A program made the translations under genes and the position numbers. Positions 13,801-28,916 of a stretch of DNA of 64,000 bases are shown one piece after another. This stretch comes from Eledone cirrhosa (Eukaryota). Every line of letters starts with the position of its first letter. Within the stretch, counting starts at the first letter, position 1. The notes below the pieces were generated by a model that saw only the letters and a list, made by a program, of their open reading frames with translations, ran no database searches and was not told the DNA's origin. Where the stretch lies: NCBI GenBank assembly GCA_964016885.1, contig OZ024753.1:30566001-30630000 (forward strand), read 5' to 3'.

Positions 13801-16800
13801 GGGCTGTTACAGTTACTGACAGACTATAGAGATACGTGGGCTGTTACAGCCACTGACAGACTATAGAGATACGTGGGCTGTTACAGCCACTGACAGACTA
13901 TAGAGATACGTGGGCTGTTACAGCCCCTGACAGACTATAGAGATACGTGGTCTGTTACAGCTACTGACAGACTATAGAGATACGTGGGCTGTTACAGTTA
14001 CTGACAGACTATAGAGATACGTGGGCTGTTACAGCCATTGACAGACTATAGAGATACGTGGGCTGTTACAGCCACTGACAGACTATAGAGATAGTGGGAT
14101 GTTACAGCCACTGACAGACTATAGAGATACGTGGGCTGTTACAGCCATTGACAGACTATAGAGATACGTGGGCTGTTACAGCTACTGACAGACTATAGAA
14201 AGACGTGGGCTGTTACAGCTACTGACAGACTATAGAGATACGTGGGATGTTACAGCTACTGACAGACTATAGAGATACGTGGGCTGTTACAGCTACTGAC
14301 AGACTATAGAGATACGTGGGCTGTTACAGTTACTGACAGACTATAGAGATACGTGGGATGTTACAGCTACTGACAGACTATAGAGATACGTGGGATGTTA
14401 CAGCTACTGACAGACTATAGAGATACGTGGGCTGTTACAGCCACTAACAGACTATAGAGATACGTGGGCTGTTACAGCCACTGACAGACTATAGAGATAT
14501 GTGGGCTGTTACAGCCACTGACAGACTATAGAGATACGTGGTCTGTTACAGCTACTGACAGACTATAGAGATACGTGGGCTGTTACAGTTACTGACAGAC
14601 TATAGAGATACGTGGGCTGTTACAGCCATTGACAGACTATAGAGATAGTGGGATGTTACAGCTACTAACAGACTATAGAGATACGTGGGATGTTACAGCT
14701 ACTAACAGACTATAGAGATACGTGGGCTGTTACAGTTACTGACAGACTATAGAGATACGTGGGCTGTTACAGCCACTGACAGACTATAGAGATAGGTGGG
14801 CTGTTACAGCCACTGACAGACTATAGATACGTGGGCTGTTACAGCCCCTGACAGACTATAGAGATACGTGGTCTGTTACAGCTACTGACAGACTATAGAG
14901 ATACGTGGGCTGTTACAGTTACTGACAGACTATAGAGATACGTGGGCTGTTACAGCTATTGACAGACTATAGAGATACGTGGGCTGCTACAGCCTCTGAC
15001 AGACTATAGAGATAGTGGGATGTTACAGCCACTGACAGACTATAGAGATACGTGGGCTGTTACAGCCATTGACAGACTATAGAGATACGTGGGCTGTTAC
15101 AGCTACTGACAGACTATAGAAATACGTGGGCTGTTACAGCTACTGACAGACTATAGAAAGACGTGGGCTGTTACAGCTACTGACAGAATATAGAGATACG
15201 TGGGCTGTTAGAGTTACTGACAGACTATAGAGATACGTGGGCTGTTACAGCCATTAACAGACTATAGAGATACGTGGGCTGTTACAGCTACTGACAGACT
15301 ATAGAAAGACGTGGGCTGTTACAGCTACTGACAGACTATAGAAAGACGTGGGCTGTTACAGCTACTGACAGAATATAGAGATACGTGGGCTGTTACAGCC
15401 ACTGACAGACTATAGAGATACGTGGGATGTTACAGCCATTGACAGACTATAGAGATAAGTGGGCTGTTACAGCTACTGACAGACTATAGAGATACGTGGG
15501 CTGTTACAGCCACTGACAGACTATAGAGATACGTGGGCTGTTACAGCTACTGACAGACTATAGAGATAAGTGGGCTGTTACAGTTACTGACAGACTATAG
15601 AGATACGTGGGATGTTACAGCTACTGACAGACTATAGAGATACGTGGGATGTTACAGCTACTGACAGACTATAGAGATACGTGGGCTGTTACAGCCACTA
15701 ACAGACTATAGAGATACGTGGGCTGTTACAGCCACTGACAGACTATAGAGATACGTGGGCTGTTACAGCCACTGACAGACTATAGAGATACGTGGTCTGT
15801 TACAGCTACTGACAGACTATAGAGATACGTGGGCTGTTACAGTTACTGACAGACTATAGAGATACGTGGGCTGTTACAGCCATTGACAGACTATAGAGAT
15901 ACGTGGGCTGTTACAGCCACTGACAGACTATAGAGATACTGGGATGTTACAACTACTGACAGACTATAGAGATACGTGGGCTGTTACAGTTACTGACAGA
16001 CTATAGAGATACGTGGGCTGTTACAGCCACTGACAGACTATAGAGATACGTGGGCTGTTACAGCCACTGACAGACTATAGAGATACGTGGGCTGTTACAG
16101 CCCCTGACAGACTATAGAGATACGTGGTCTGTTACAGCTACTGACAGACTATAGAGATACGTGGGCTGTTACAGTTACTGACAGACTATAGAGATACGTG
16201 GGCTGTTACAGCCATTGACACACTATAGAGATACGTGGGCTGTTACAGCCACTGACAGACTATAGAGATAGTGGGATGTTACAGCCACTGACAGACTATA
16301 GAGATACGTGGGCTGTTACAGCCATTGACAGACTATAGAGATACGTGGGCTGTTACAGCTACTGACAGACTATAGAAAGACGTGGGCTGTTACAGCTACT
16401 GACAGGCTATAGAAAGACGTGGGCTGTTACAGCTACTGACAGAATATAGAGATACGTGGGCTGTTAGAGTTACTGACAGACTATAGAGATACGTGGGCTG
16501 TTAGAGTTACTGACAGACTATAGAGATACGTGGGCTGTTACAGTTACTGACAGACTATAGAGATACGTGGGCTGGTACAGCTACTGTCAGACTATAGAGA
16601 TAGTGGGATGTTACAGCCACTGACAGACTGTAGAGATACGTGGGATGTTACAGTTACTGACAGACTATAGAGATACGTGGGCTGTTACAGCTACTGACAG
16701 ACTATAGAGATACGTGGGATGTTACAGCCACTGACAGACTATAGAGATACGTGGGCTGTTACAGCTACTGACAGACTATAGAGATACGTGGGCTGTTACA

Positions 16801-19800
16801 GCCACTGACAGACTATAGAGATACGTGGTCTGTTACATCTACTGACAGACTATAGAGATACGTGGGCTGTTACAGCCATTGACAGACTATAGAGATACGT
16901 GTGCTGTTACAGCCACTGACAGACTATAGAGATAGTGGGATGTTACAGCTACTGACAGACTATAGAGATACGTGGGCTGTTACAGCCATTGACAGACTAT
17001 AGAGATACGTGGGCTGTTACAGCTACTGACAGACTATAGAGATACGTGGGCTGTTACAGCCACTGACAGACTATAGAGATACGTGGGCTGTTACAGCCAT
17101 TAACAGACTATAGAGATACGTGGGCTGTTACAGCTACTGACAGACTATAGAAAGACGTGGGCTGTTACAGCTACTGACAGACTATAGAAAGACGTGGGCT
17201 GTTACAGCTACTGACAGAATATAGAGATACGTGGGCTGTTACAGCCACTGACAGACTATAGAGATACGTGGGCTGTTACAGCCATTGACAGACTATAGAG
17301 ATACGTGGGCTGTTACAGCCACTGACAGACTATAGAGATAGTGGGATGTTACAGCTACTAACAGACTATAGAGATACGTGGGCTGTTACAGTTACTGACA
17401 GACTATAGAGATACGTGGGCTGTTACAGCCACTGACAGACTATAGAGATAGGTGGGCTGTTACAGCCACTGACAGACTATAGATACGTGGGCTGTTACAG
17501 CCCCTGACAGACTATAGAGATACGTGGTCTGTTACAGCTACTGACAGACTATAGAGATACGTGGGCTGTTACAGTTACTGACAGACTATAGAGATACGTG
17601 GGCTGTTACAGCCATTGACAGACTATAGAGATACGTGGGCTGCTACAGCCTCTGACAGACTATAGAGATAGTGGGATGTTACAGCCACTGACAGACTATA
17701 GAGATACGTGGGCTGTTACAGCCATTGACAGACTATAGAGATACGTGGGCTGTTACAGCTACTGACAGACTATAGAAATACGTGGGCTGTTACAGCTACT
17801 GACAGACTATAGAAAGACGTGGGCTGTTACAGCTACTGACAGAATATAGAGATACGTGGGCTGTTAGAGTTACTGACAGACTATAGAGATACGTGGGCTG
17901 TTACAGCCATTAACAGACTATAGAGATACGTGGTCTGTTACAGCTACTGACAGACTATAGAAAGACGTGGGCTGTTACAGCTACTGACAGACTATAGAAA
18001 GACGTGGGCTGTTACAGCTACTGACAGAATATAGAGATACGTGGGCTGTTACAGCCACTGACAGACTATAGAGATACGTGGGATGTTACAGCCATTGACA
18101 GACTATAGAGATAAGTGGGCTGTTACAGCTACTGACAGACTATAGAGATACGTGGGCTGTTACAGCCACTGACAGACTATAGAGATACGTGGGCTGTTAC
18201 AGCTACTGACAGACTATAGAGATAAGTGGGCTGTTACAGTTACTGACAGACTATAGAGATACGTGGGATGTTACAGCTACTGACAGACTATAGAGATACG
18301 TGGGATGTTACAGCTACTGACAGACTATAGAGATACGTGGGCTGTTACAGCCACTAACAGACTATAGAGATACGTGGGCTGTTACAGCCACTGACAGACT
18401 ATAGAGATACGTGGGCTGTTACAGCCACTGACAGACTATAGAGATACGTGGGCTGTTACAGCTACTGACAGACTATAGAGATACGTGGGCTGTTACAGTT
18501 ACTGACAGACTATAGAGATACGTGGGCTGTTACAGCCATTGACAGACTATAGAGATACGTGGGCTGTTTCAGCCACTGACAGACTATAGAGATACTGGGA
18601 TGTTACAACTACTGACAGACTATAGAGATACGTGGGCTGTTACAGTTACTGACAGACTATAGAGATACGTGGGCTGTTACAGCCACTGACAGACTATAGA
18701 GATACGTGGGCTGTTACAGCCACTGACAGACTATAGAGATACGTGGGCTGTTACAGCCCCTGACAGACTATAGAGATACGTGGTCTGTTACAGCTACTGA
18801 CAGACTATAGAGATACGTGGGCTGTTACAGTTACTGACAGACTATAGAGATACGTGGGCTGTTACAGCCATTGACAGACTATAGAGATACGTGGGCTGTT
18901 ACAGCCACTGACAGACTATAGAGATAGTGGGATGTTACAGCCACTGACAGACTATAGAGATACGTGGGCTGTTACAGCCATTGACAGACTATAGAGATAC
19001 GTGGGCTGTTACAGCTACTGACAGACTATAGAAAGACGTGGGCTGTTACAGCTACTGACAGACTATAGAAAGACGTGGGCTGTTACAGCTACTGACAGAA
19101 TATAGAGATACGTGGGCTGTTAGAGTTACTGACAGACTATAGAGATACGTGGGCTGTTAGAGTTACTGACAGACTATAGAGATACGTGGGCTGTTACAGC
19201 CATTGACAGACTATAGAGATACGTGGGCTGTTACAGCTACTGACAGACTATAGAAAGACGTGGGCTGTTACAGCTACTGACAGACTATAGAAAGACGTGG
19301 GCTGTTACAGCTACTGACAGAATATAGAGATACGTGGGCTGTTACAGTCACTGACAGACTATAGAGATACGTGGGCTGTTACAGTTACTGACAGACTATA
19401 GAGATACGTGGGCTGGTACAGCTACTGTCAGACTATAGAGATAGTGGGATGTTACAGCCACTGACAGACTGTAGAGATACGTGGGATGTTACAGTTACTG
19501 ACAGACTATAGAGATACGTGGGCTGTTACAGCTACTGACAGACTATAGAGATACGTGGGATGTTACAGCCACTGACAGACTATAGAGATACGTGGGCTGT
19601 TACAGCTACTGACAGACTATAGAGATACGTGGGCTGTTACAGCCACTGACAGACTATAGAGATACGTGGTCTGTTACATCTACTGACAGACTATAGAGAT
19701 ACGTGGGCTGTTACAGCCATTGACAGACTATAGAGATACGTGTGCTGTTACAGCCACTGACAGACTATAGAGATAGTGGGATGTTACAGCTACTGACAGA

Positions 19801-22800
19801 CTATAGAGATACGTGGGCTGTTACAGTTACTGACAGACTATAGAGATACGTGGGCTGTTACAGCCACTGACAGACTATAGAGATACGTGGGCTGTTACAG
19901 CCATTAACAGACTATAGAGATACGTGGGCTGTTACAGCTACTGACAGACTATAGAGATACGTGGGATGTTACAGCTACTGACAGACTATAGAGATACGTG
20001 GGCTGTTACAGCCACTGACAGACTATAGAGATACGTGGTCTGTTACATCTACTGACAGACTATAGAGATACGTGGGCTGTTACAGCCATTGACAGACTAT
20101 AGAGATACGTGTGCTGTTACAGCCACTGACAGACTATAGAGATAGTGGGATGTTACAGCTACTGACAGACTATAGAGATACGTGGGCTGTTATAGTTACT
20201 GACAGACTATAGAGATACGTGGGCTGTTACAGCCACTGACAGACTATAGAGATACGTGGGCTGTTACAGCCATTAACAGACTATAGAGATACGTGGGCTG
20301 TTACAGCTACTGACAGACTATAGAAAGACGTGGGCTGTTACAGCTACTGACAGACTATAGAAAGACGTGGGCTGTTACAGCTACTGACAGAATATAGAGA
20401 TACGTGGGCTGTTACAGCCACTGACAGACTATAGAGATACGTGGGATGTTACAGCCATTGACAGACTATAGAGATAAGTGGGCTGTTACAGCTACTGACA
20501 GACTATAGAGATACGTGGGCTGTTACAGCCACTGACAGACTATAGAGATACGTGTGCTGTTACAGCTACTGACAGACTATAGAGATAAGTGGGCTGTTAC
20601 AGTTACTGACAGACTATAGAGATACGTGGGATGTTACAGCTACTGACAGACTATAGAGATACGTGGGATGTTACAGCTACTGACAGACTATAGAGATACG
20701 TGGGCTGTTACAGCCACTAACAGACTATAGAGATACGTGGGCTGTTACAGCCACTGACAGACTATAGAGATACGTGGGCTGTTACAGCCACTGACAGACT
20801 ATAGAGATACGTGGTCTGTTACAGCTACTGACAGACTATAGAGATACGTGGGCTGTTACAGTTACTGACAGACTATAGAGATACGTGGGCTGTTACAGCC
20901 ATTGACAGACTATAGAGATACGTGGGCTGTTACAGCTACTGACAGACTATAGAAAGACGTGGGCTGTTACAGCTACTGACAGACTATAGAAAGACGTGGG
21001 CTGTTACAGCTACTGACAGAATATAGAGATACGTGGGCTGTTACAGCCACTGACAGACTATAGAGATACGTGGGCTGTTACAGTTACTGACAGACTATAG
21101 AGATACGTGGGCTGGTACAGCTACTGTCAGACTATAGAGATAGTGGGATGTTACAGCCACTGACAGACTATAGAGATACGTGGGCTGTTACAGCTACTGA
21201 CAGACTATAGAGATAAGTGGGCTGTTACAGTTACTGACAGACTATAGAGATACGTGGGCTGTTACAGCTACTGACAGACTATAGAGATACGTGGGATGTT
21301 ACAGCCACTGACAGACTATAGAGATACGTGGGCTGTTACAGCTACTGACAGACTATAGAGATACGTGGGCCGTTACAGCCACTGACAGACTATAGAGATA
21401 CGTGGTCTGTTACAGCTACTGACAGACTATAGAGATACGTGGGCTGTTACAGCCATTGACAGACTATAGAGATACGTGTGCTGTTACAGCCACTGACAGA
21501 CTATAGAGATAGTGGGATGTTACAGCTACTGAAGACTATAGAGATATGTGGGCTGTTACAGTTACTGACAGACTATAGAGATACGTGGGCTGTTACAGCC
21601 ACTGACAGACTATAGAGATACGTGGGCTGTTACAGCCATTAACAGACTATAGAGATACGTGGGCTGTTACAGCTACTGACAGACTATAGAAAGACGTGGG
21701 CTGTTACAGCTACTGCCAGAATATAGAGATACGTGGGCTGTTACAGCCACTGACAGACTATAGAGATACGTGGTATGTTACAGCCATTGACAGACTATAG
21801 AGATAAGTGGGCTGTTACAGCTACTGACAGACTATAGAGATACGTGGGCTGTTACAGCCACTGACAGACTATAGAGATACGTGGGCTGTTACAGCTACTG
21901 ACAGACTATAGAGATAAGTGGGCTGTTACAGTTACTGACAGACTATAGAGATACGTGGGATGTTACAGCTACTGACTGACTATAGAGATACGTGGGATGT
22001 TACAGCTACTGACAGACTATAGAGATACGTGGGCTGTTACAGCCACTAACAGACTATAGAGATATGTGGGCTGTTACAGCCACTGACAGACTATAGAGAT
22101 ACGTGGGCTGTTACAGCCACTGACAGACTATAGAGATACGTGGTCTGTTACAGCTACTGACAGACTATAGAGATACGTGGGCTGTTACAGTTACTGACAG
22201 ACTATAGAGATACGTGGGCTGTTACAGCCATTGACAGACTATAGAGATACGTGGGCTGTTACAGCCACTGACAGACTATAGAGATAGTGGGATGTTACAG
22301 CTACTGACAGACTATAGAGATACGTGGGCTGTTACAGTTACTGACAGACTATAGAGATACGTGGGCTGTTACAGCCACTGACAGACTATAGAGATACGTG
22401 GGCTGTTACAGCCACTGACAGACTATAGAGATACGTGGGCTGTTACAGCCCCTGACAGACTATAGAGATACGTGGTCTGTTACAGCTACTGACAGACTAT
22501 AGAGATACGTGGGCTGTTACAGTTACTGACAGACTATAGAGATACGTGGGCTGTTACAGCCATTGACAGACTATAGAGATACGTGGGCTGTTACAGTCAC
22601 TGACAGACTATAGAGATAGTGGGGTGTTACAGCCACTGACAGACTATATTGATACGTGGGCTGTTACAGCCATTGACAGACTATAGAGATACGTGGGCTG
22701 TTACAGCTACTGACAGACTATAGAAAGACGTGGGCTGTTACAGCTACTGACAGACTATAGAAAGACGTGGGCTGTTACAGCTACTGACAGAATATAGAGA

Positions 22801-24624
22801 TACGTGGGCTGTTAGAGTTACTGACAGACTATAGAGATACGTGGGCTGTTAGAGTTACTGACAGACTATAGAGATACGTGGGCTGTTACAGCCATTGACA
22901 GACTATAGAGATACGTGGGCTGTTACAGCTACTGACAGACTATAGAAAGACGTGGGCTGTTACAGCTACTGACAGACTATAGAAAGACGTGGGCTGTTAC
23001 AGCTACTGACAGAATATAGAGATACGTGGGCTGTTACAGCCACTGACAGACTATAGAGATACGTGGGCTGTTACAGTTACTGACAGACTATAGAGATACG
23101 TGGGCTGGTACAGCTACTGTCAGACTATAGAGATAGTGGGATGTTACAGCCACTGACAGACTATAGAGATACGTGGGATGTTACAGTTACTGACAGACTA
23201 TAGAGATACGTGGGCTGTTACAGCTACTGACAGACTATAGAGATACGTGGGATGTTACAGCCACTGACAGACTATAGAGATACGTGGGCTGTTACAGCTA
23301 CTGACAGACTATAGAGATACGTGGGCTGTTACAGCCACTGACAGACTATAGAGATACGTGGTCTGTTACAGCTACTGACAGACTATAGAGATACGTGGGC
23401 TGTTACAGCCATTGACAGACTATAGAGATACGTGTGCTGTTACAGCCACTGACAGACTATAGAGATAGTGGGATGTTACAGCTACTGACAGACTATAGAG
23501 ATACGTGGGCTGTTACAGTTACTGACAGACTATAGAGATACGTGGGCTGTTACAGCCACTGACAGACTATAGAGATACGTGGGCTGTTACAGCCACTGAC
23601 AGACTATAGAGATACGTGGGCTGTTACAGCCACTGACAGACTATAGAGATACGTGGGCTGTTACAGTTACTGACAGACTATAGAGATACGTGGGCTGTTA
23701 CAGTTACTGACAGACTATAGAGATACGTGGGCTGTTACAGTCAGTGACAGACTATAGAGATACGTGGGCTGTTACAGCCACTGACAGACTATAGAGATAG
23801 TGGGATGTTACAGCCACTGACAGACTATAGAGATACGTGGGCTGTTACAGCCATTGACAGACTATAGAGATACGTGGGCTGTTACAGCTACTGACAGACT
23901 ATAGAAAGACGTGGGCTGTTACAGCTACTGACAGAATATAGAGATACGTGGGCTGTTACAGCTACTGACAGACTATAGAGATACGTGGGCTGTTACAGTT
24001 ACTGACAGACTATAGAGATACGTGGGCTGGTACAGCTACTGACAGACTATAGAGATACGTGGGCTGTTACAGCTACTCACAGACTATAGAGATAAGTGGG
24101 ATGTTACAGCTACTGACAGACTATAGAGATAAGTGGGCTGTTACAGCTACTGACAGACTATAGAGATACGTGGGCTTTTACAGCCATTGACAGACTATAG
24201 AGATACGTGGGCTGTTACAGCTACTGACAGACTATAGAGATACGTGGGCTGTTACAGCTACTGACAGACTATAGAGATACGTGGGCTGTTACAGCCATTG
24301 ACAGACTATAGAGATACGTGGGCTGTTACAGCTACTGACAGACTATAGAGATACGTGGGCTGTTACAGCTACTGACAGACTATAGAGATACGTGGGCTGT
24401 TACAGCCATTGACAGACTATAGAGATACGTGGGCTGTTACAGCTACTGACAGACTATAGAGATACGTGGGCTGTTACAGCTACTGACAGACTATAGAGAT
24501 ACGTGGGCTGTTACAGCCATTGACAGACTATAGAGATACGTGGGCTGTTACAGCTACTGACAGACTATAGAGATACGTGGGCTGTTACAGCTACTGACAG
24601 ACTATAGAAAGACGTGGGCTGTTA
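10889..24624. repeat. Satellite array, 37-bp unit GTTACAGCYACTGACAGACTATAGAGATACGTGGGCT, about 370 copies
   Basis: Continuous tandem repeat read directly; occasional 35-36-bp variant units; rare variants recur in kb-scale blocks. Confidence 0.98.
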
Positions 24625-24734
24625 AGTATAAAAGTCTGTGTGGAGGTAGTAATAAAGCCAGAGGAAGAATGTTGTTAATAGAAGTGTACTTTTAATACAA
24701 TAGGAACGACAACATCAAAATAAACACTGTACAT

Positions 24735-24936
24735 CAGGCATGTCAAAGCGAGGATCTCCCGAGGGTCACATAGGTCACACATGTGTTGTCTGAGGGCCAC
24801 AGACGACAACTAATTGCGCACATTTTAACTAATTTTTTTAAATTTCATATTACGAAGATAAAACATGCTCGCGCTGTAAAAACCTTTGTGCGGGCCGCAG
24901 GTGCGCTTGTAAAGGGCCGCATGTTTGAGATGCCTG
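24735..24936. mobile_element. hAT-type MITE
   Basis: TIRs CAGGCATGTCAAA / TTTGAGATGCCTG; 8-bp TSD CTGTACAT / CTGCACAT. Confidence 0.8.
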
Positions 24937-25019
24937 CTGCACATATCCAGGACTCGCAGAGCTGTGCTCGGCACGGCAGTGCCAGCAAACAATGAAAATA
25001 AGGCTGATGGTGAGGATGA

Positions 25020-25750
25020 AAGTTTTGTCTTTCATTCATCCGGAGTCGATAAAATAAAGTACCAGTAATGCATTGGAGTCTATTTCATCGATTAACTCCC
25101 ACTCCCAAAATATTGTTGGCCTTGTGCCTAAATCAGAAACCGATGATGATGATGATAATTATTTCTACTTTAGGCACAAGGCCAGCAATTTGAAGGGGAG
25201 GGGAAAGTCGATTAAATCGACCCCATTGCATTACTGGTACTTTATTTTATCGACCCCGTAAGGATAAAATAAAGCGCCAGTAATGCACTGGGGTCGATTT
25301 AATCGACTTTCCCCTCTCCCCAAATATTTGTTTCTACTTTAGGCACAAGGCCAGCAATTACCCAGTGCATTACTGGTACTTTATCTTTCATCCTTACGAA
25401 GTCGATAAAATAAAGTTAACCTCGGCGAAGTTTGAACTCAGAATGGAAAGGGCCGTAACTCTATGCTCCAAAGCATGGTGTCCGACTCTCTACCGATTCG
25501 GACAATCCACCGCCCTCCCCCAAATAATGGTTTCTTATATAGGCACAAGGCCAGCAATTTTAGGGGAGGGGAAAGTCGATTAAATCGACCCCAGTGCATG
25601 ACTGGTGCTTTATTTTATCGACCCCGTATGGAAGAAAGGCAAAGTTAAACTCGGCGGGATTTGAACTCGGATAATAAAGGGCCGTAACTCTATGCTGGAA
25701 AGCATGGTGTCCGAACCTCTACCGATACTGCCAATCCACCGCCCTCTTCC
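25020..25750. mobile_element. Cluster of SINE A copies and fragments in both orientations next to the GPCR donor site
   Basis: At least five partial or full copies; inverted pair 25195-25322. Confidence 0.8.
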
Positions 25751-25797
25751 CAAATAATAACAATAATAATATAGGTAACGAAAGAAACTTCACTTAC

Positions 25798-26043
25798 TTT
25801 AATTGGTACACAAATGACCACAAGCAGAAGATCTGCAGAGGCGAGACTAAGTAGTAAAATATTAGTAATGCTTCTCATTCTGTGATATCGTAGAATGCAG
25901 AAAATAACCAACGAATTGCCCGTCACACCAAGTAACAATGTAATACTGTATACAATTGATACAGGTACAAGTTCTTCGAGAGGAATATTAAAAACTGTTT
26001 TATCGTAATCGTATTCATAATCACTTTCTTCGCTTGAATTCAT
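25798..26043 (-). CDS. First coding exon of a rhodopsin-like (class A) neuropeptide GPCR (N-terminus, TM1, ICL1, TM2)
   Basis: MNSSEESDYEYDY...IVYSITLLLGVTGNSLVI (TM1 GN), MRSITNILLLSLASADLL (TM2 TN..L.SLA.ADL), CVPIK. A GTAAGT donor follows directly (25797-25792, phase 0, 82 codons). Upstream polypyrimidine + CAG acceptor (cttatttcttttctatattccag) ends at 26263, suggesting a 5' UTR intron. Ligand class not assignable from TM1-2. Confidence 0.9.
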
Positions 26044-27527
26044 GATTTATATCCTTAGATGCTTCTTTCTTTCTTTATTTTTAGTTTTATATTATTTCGG
26101 ATTTCCTCTTCGCCTTCCTCCTCCTCCTCTCTCTCTCTCTCTATCTATCTCTCTCTCTCTCGCTCTCTCTCTCTCTCTCGCTCTCTCTCTCTCCCTTTCT
26201 TGTATACGATCCAAACCAAAATGGTGTAAGGTTTTATTGATGAGTAATGATGTCAGAGCAATCTGGAATATAGAAAAGAAATAAGAGATGAATAAACAGA
26301 TAAATAGATAGATAAATGAATAACTATATAATCTTACGGATTAGTTCGCTTCCATTTGATATTTGATATTCATTCTTAAATACTCATAAATTAGACAATT
26401 TATCTCAATATACAAATTGTTATGTTTGAGATGGAAGATAATACCCTTGATAATGGGTGTGTTAGCAATTGTTGTTGTTTTTCTTACTATCGTTGTTCAG
26501 CTCTGATCAAGCAGACCTATGATCAAAATATACTTCAGCCATGACCATCCTGTCTGTATTGCTTTAGGTGTACAGTGTATCAGCTACTGAGTGGACTGGA
26601 AAAAGGAAAAATAAAGTGTCTTGCTCAAGGACACAATGCATCATACAATCCAGGTACTGAACCCATGCCCTTAAGCCCAATACACTAAAAACTAGGACAT
26701 ACACTTTCATTGTAGTCGAATTAAGATCATAGATATATGTGCAGGATATAGACATAAGCTAAACAAACTATAGTTTAAAGTATCGCAATTGGTAGCACCT
26801 TCAAAAATACTTAGACGTTCTGGTGTAATTTTTAACAGGGAGCCTTCAAGTTTTATAGATTAAAACCTCACCAAGTTTAAATAGGGAATGCATTGTACAA
26901 AATATTTAATTCCTTTTCATAATAAAAGGGTGATTCTGTGTATGAGAGAGATGGATACGACTTCTAGAATGTCGAACGACTACAGTAATGCTTCGTCTTT
27001 AGCTCATATCCCAGAAGTTATATTCGACAGTGAAATTGCTTTATCTTTGGGAACTAACAAAATCGTGAATTTTATAGCACACTTTGAAAACTGTCATTGT
27101 AAACTATAAATCCAGATATAACTAGTTCATAGTTCATTTTCTTGTAGTTAAGTAAATGATGCTGTATATGAAATATCATTCACTACGACATACCAAAGGT
27201 TATTAACAATTTCTATGAAGTGACACGAATCCACCTTTTATTTGAATCTGAGTTGCACACAAGCTTTAGTGAGAGATTTACAGCGACCATCATTATTGTG
27301 AACAATCATAAGTATTATCGACAATTCGAGAATATATATTTCTACAAATAGCTATAATTCTAAGAATCTCAAAGAATTTGTAAGACTAATTTATCGATTG
27401 ATCTTTCTAAATATCTCAATCATTACAGACGCTAATTTTTCCGGCATTGTATGTTATTATTTATATAGTATTTATTATTATTATTATTTTTTTGTCAGCC
27501 GCAATTTGGTGATGCCTAAAATCCATC

Positions 27528-27575
<48 letters not shown>

Positions 27576-27577
<2 letters not shown>

Positions 27578-27664
27578 ATTAGTTACAACAGTGACATATA
27601 CAGGTACTTAAGTTTGGTTGGGTTATGCACCAACGAAACTTAAGTACACTGTTGTAACTAATTA
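27576..27664. repeat. Short fold-back next to (TA)n containing the 3' half of a hammerhead
   Basis: Paired arms with a 10-nt insertion in the left arm; GAAAC-TTAA-GTA at 27635-27646. Confidence 0.6.
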
Positions 27665-27763
27665 TACTTAACTCGTCATAAGGTCTGAATGCTCTTACCC
27701 TTGGATATTTCTACCAAACGTTTGCTAAAGTATTATCTATCTCTCTCTCTCCATATATATTTA

Positions 27764-28180
27764 TATTAATTCAAAATATTAACAAATATAGACATTCGTG
27801 TGATCAAGTATATTTTATTATACATATTTCAGAGGTACTGAGCTATTTACAACAGTACGTCCTCATCAGATAAAATAAGGTGATGCTTGACATACCTTGA
27901 CTATGTTGATGGTTAAAATTCAGTCTTGGCATGACTGAATTTTAACCATAAACATAGTCAAGCATGAACTTATTTTATCTGATGCGGACGTACTGTTGTC
28001 AATAGCTCAGTACCTCTGAAATATGTATAATAAAATATACTTGATAACACGAATGTCTATATTTGTTAATATTTTGAATTAATAATAATAACTCCGGAAA
28101 AACATTACTGTGGAGTGCTTCTAATCTATTGTAAAACTTTATTCATTGATTTATTCATTGAACCTTGTTTAACCTTTAAA
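27764..28180. mobile_element. Fold-back element with hammerhead and tail
   Basis: Hairpin 27764-28084 centred near 27930, tail 28085-28180, then (TA)n. Confidence 0.8.
27811..27877 (-). ncRNA. Minimal type I hammerhead ribozyme
   Basis: TATTTTAT-CTGATGA-GGACGTACTG[loop]CAGTACCTCT-GAAA-T-ATGT-A-TA^ATAAAATA. 8-bp stem I, very short stem III. The inverted copy at 27971-28037 has CTGATGC (A9C). Confidence 0.72.
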
Positions 28181-28916
28181 TATATATATATATATATATA
28201 TATTGTTATACTTGGGGAGGGTCATATTTGCGTAATATTGCCAGAATTAATAACAGAACACACTCACTGTTTGGTTGGTTTTCGCTTCTCGCTGTCTTTT
28301 ATATCTGCGATCTAACTTACTCGGTCCTCAATGTTGCCATTGACTGACCGACGGTCAAAAATAATACAGATACAATATAGACACAAACACATATATATAG
28401 TTTACATAATTTACATAAATCTTTCGTTGCACATCTGCAACATCGTCAGTGGTGTTATATTCTTTGTTCCTCCTGTTGTGTTGTATGTCTACGCCATTTT
28501 TTATTCAGTCTGTCTATATATTTATTTATTTATTTGCTTGTTTGTTTATCTTATTTTATTTTGTCTTCTTTGCGCATGCGTTTGCGTGTGTGTATAGTGT
28601 TATGTGTGTTGTGTGACTAGTGTGTATAGTGTTGTGTCTGCTGGGTGACTAGTGTGTGTTTATGTGCTTGTTGTTATTGTGCTTGTGTATGTATTTATTT
28701 ATCTTATTTTATTTTATTTTATTTACTTATTTATACTTCTCTTAGGTCAGTGTTGTTTGTTTGGGTATCTTGTTGTTCCACTCATTCTTTCTGTTTAGCT
28801 TTGGTCTTCTAATTTCTATTTCACTGGCCTCTCTGATTTGCCTATCTGCTGGGTCATTCCTATGTTTAGATATTATTCTAATTTCTATGTTGTCTATGTT
28901 ACCGTCATGTTGTTGT

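Noticed and set aside
10889-24624. 37-bp repeat as a CRISPR array or tandem hammerhead
   Set aside because: There are no unique spacers and the context is eukaryotic. CTGACAGA...AGATA lacks a proper core and stems.
25690-25797. C-terminal part of the 117-aa GPCR ORF
   Set aside because: Read-through past the GTAAGT donor into intron and SINE sequence.
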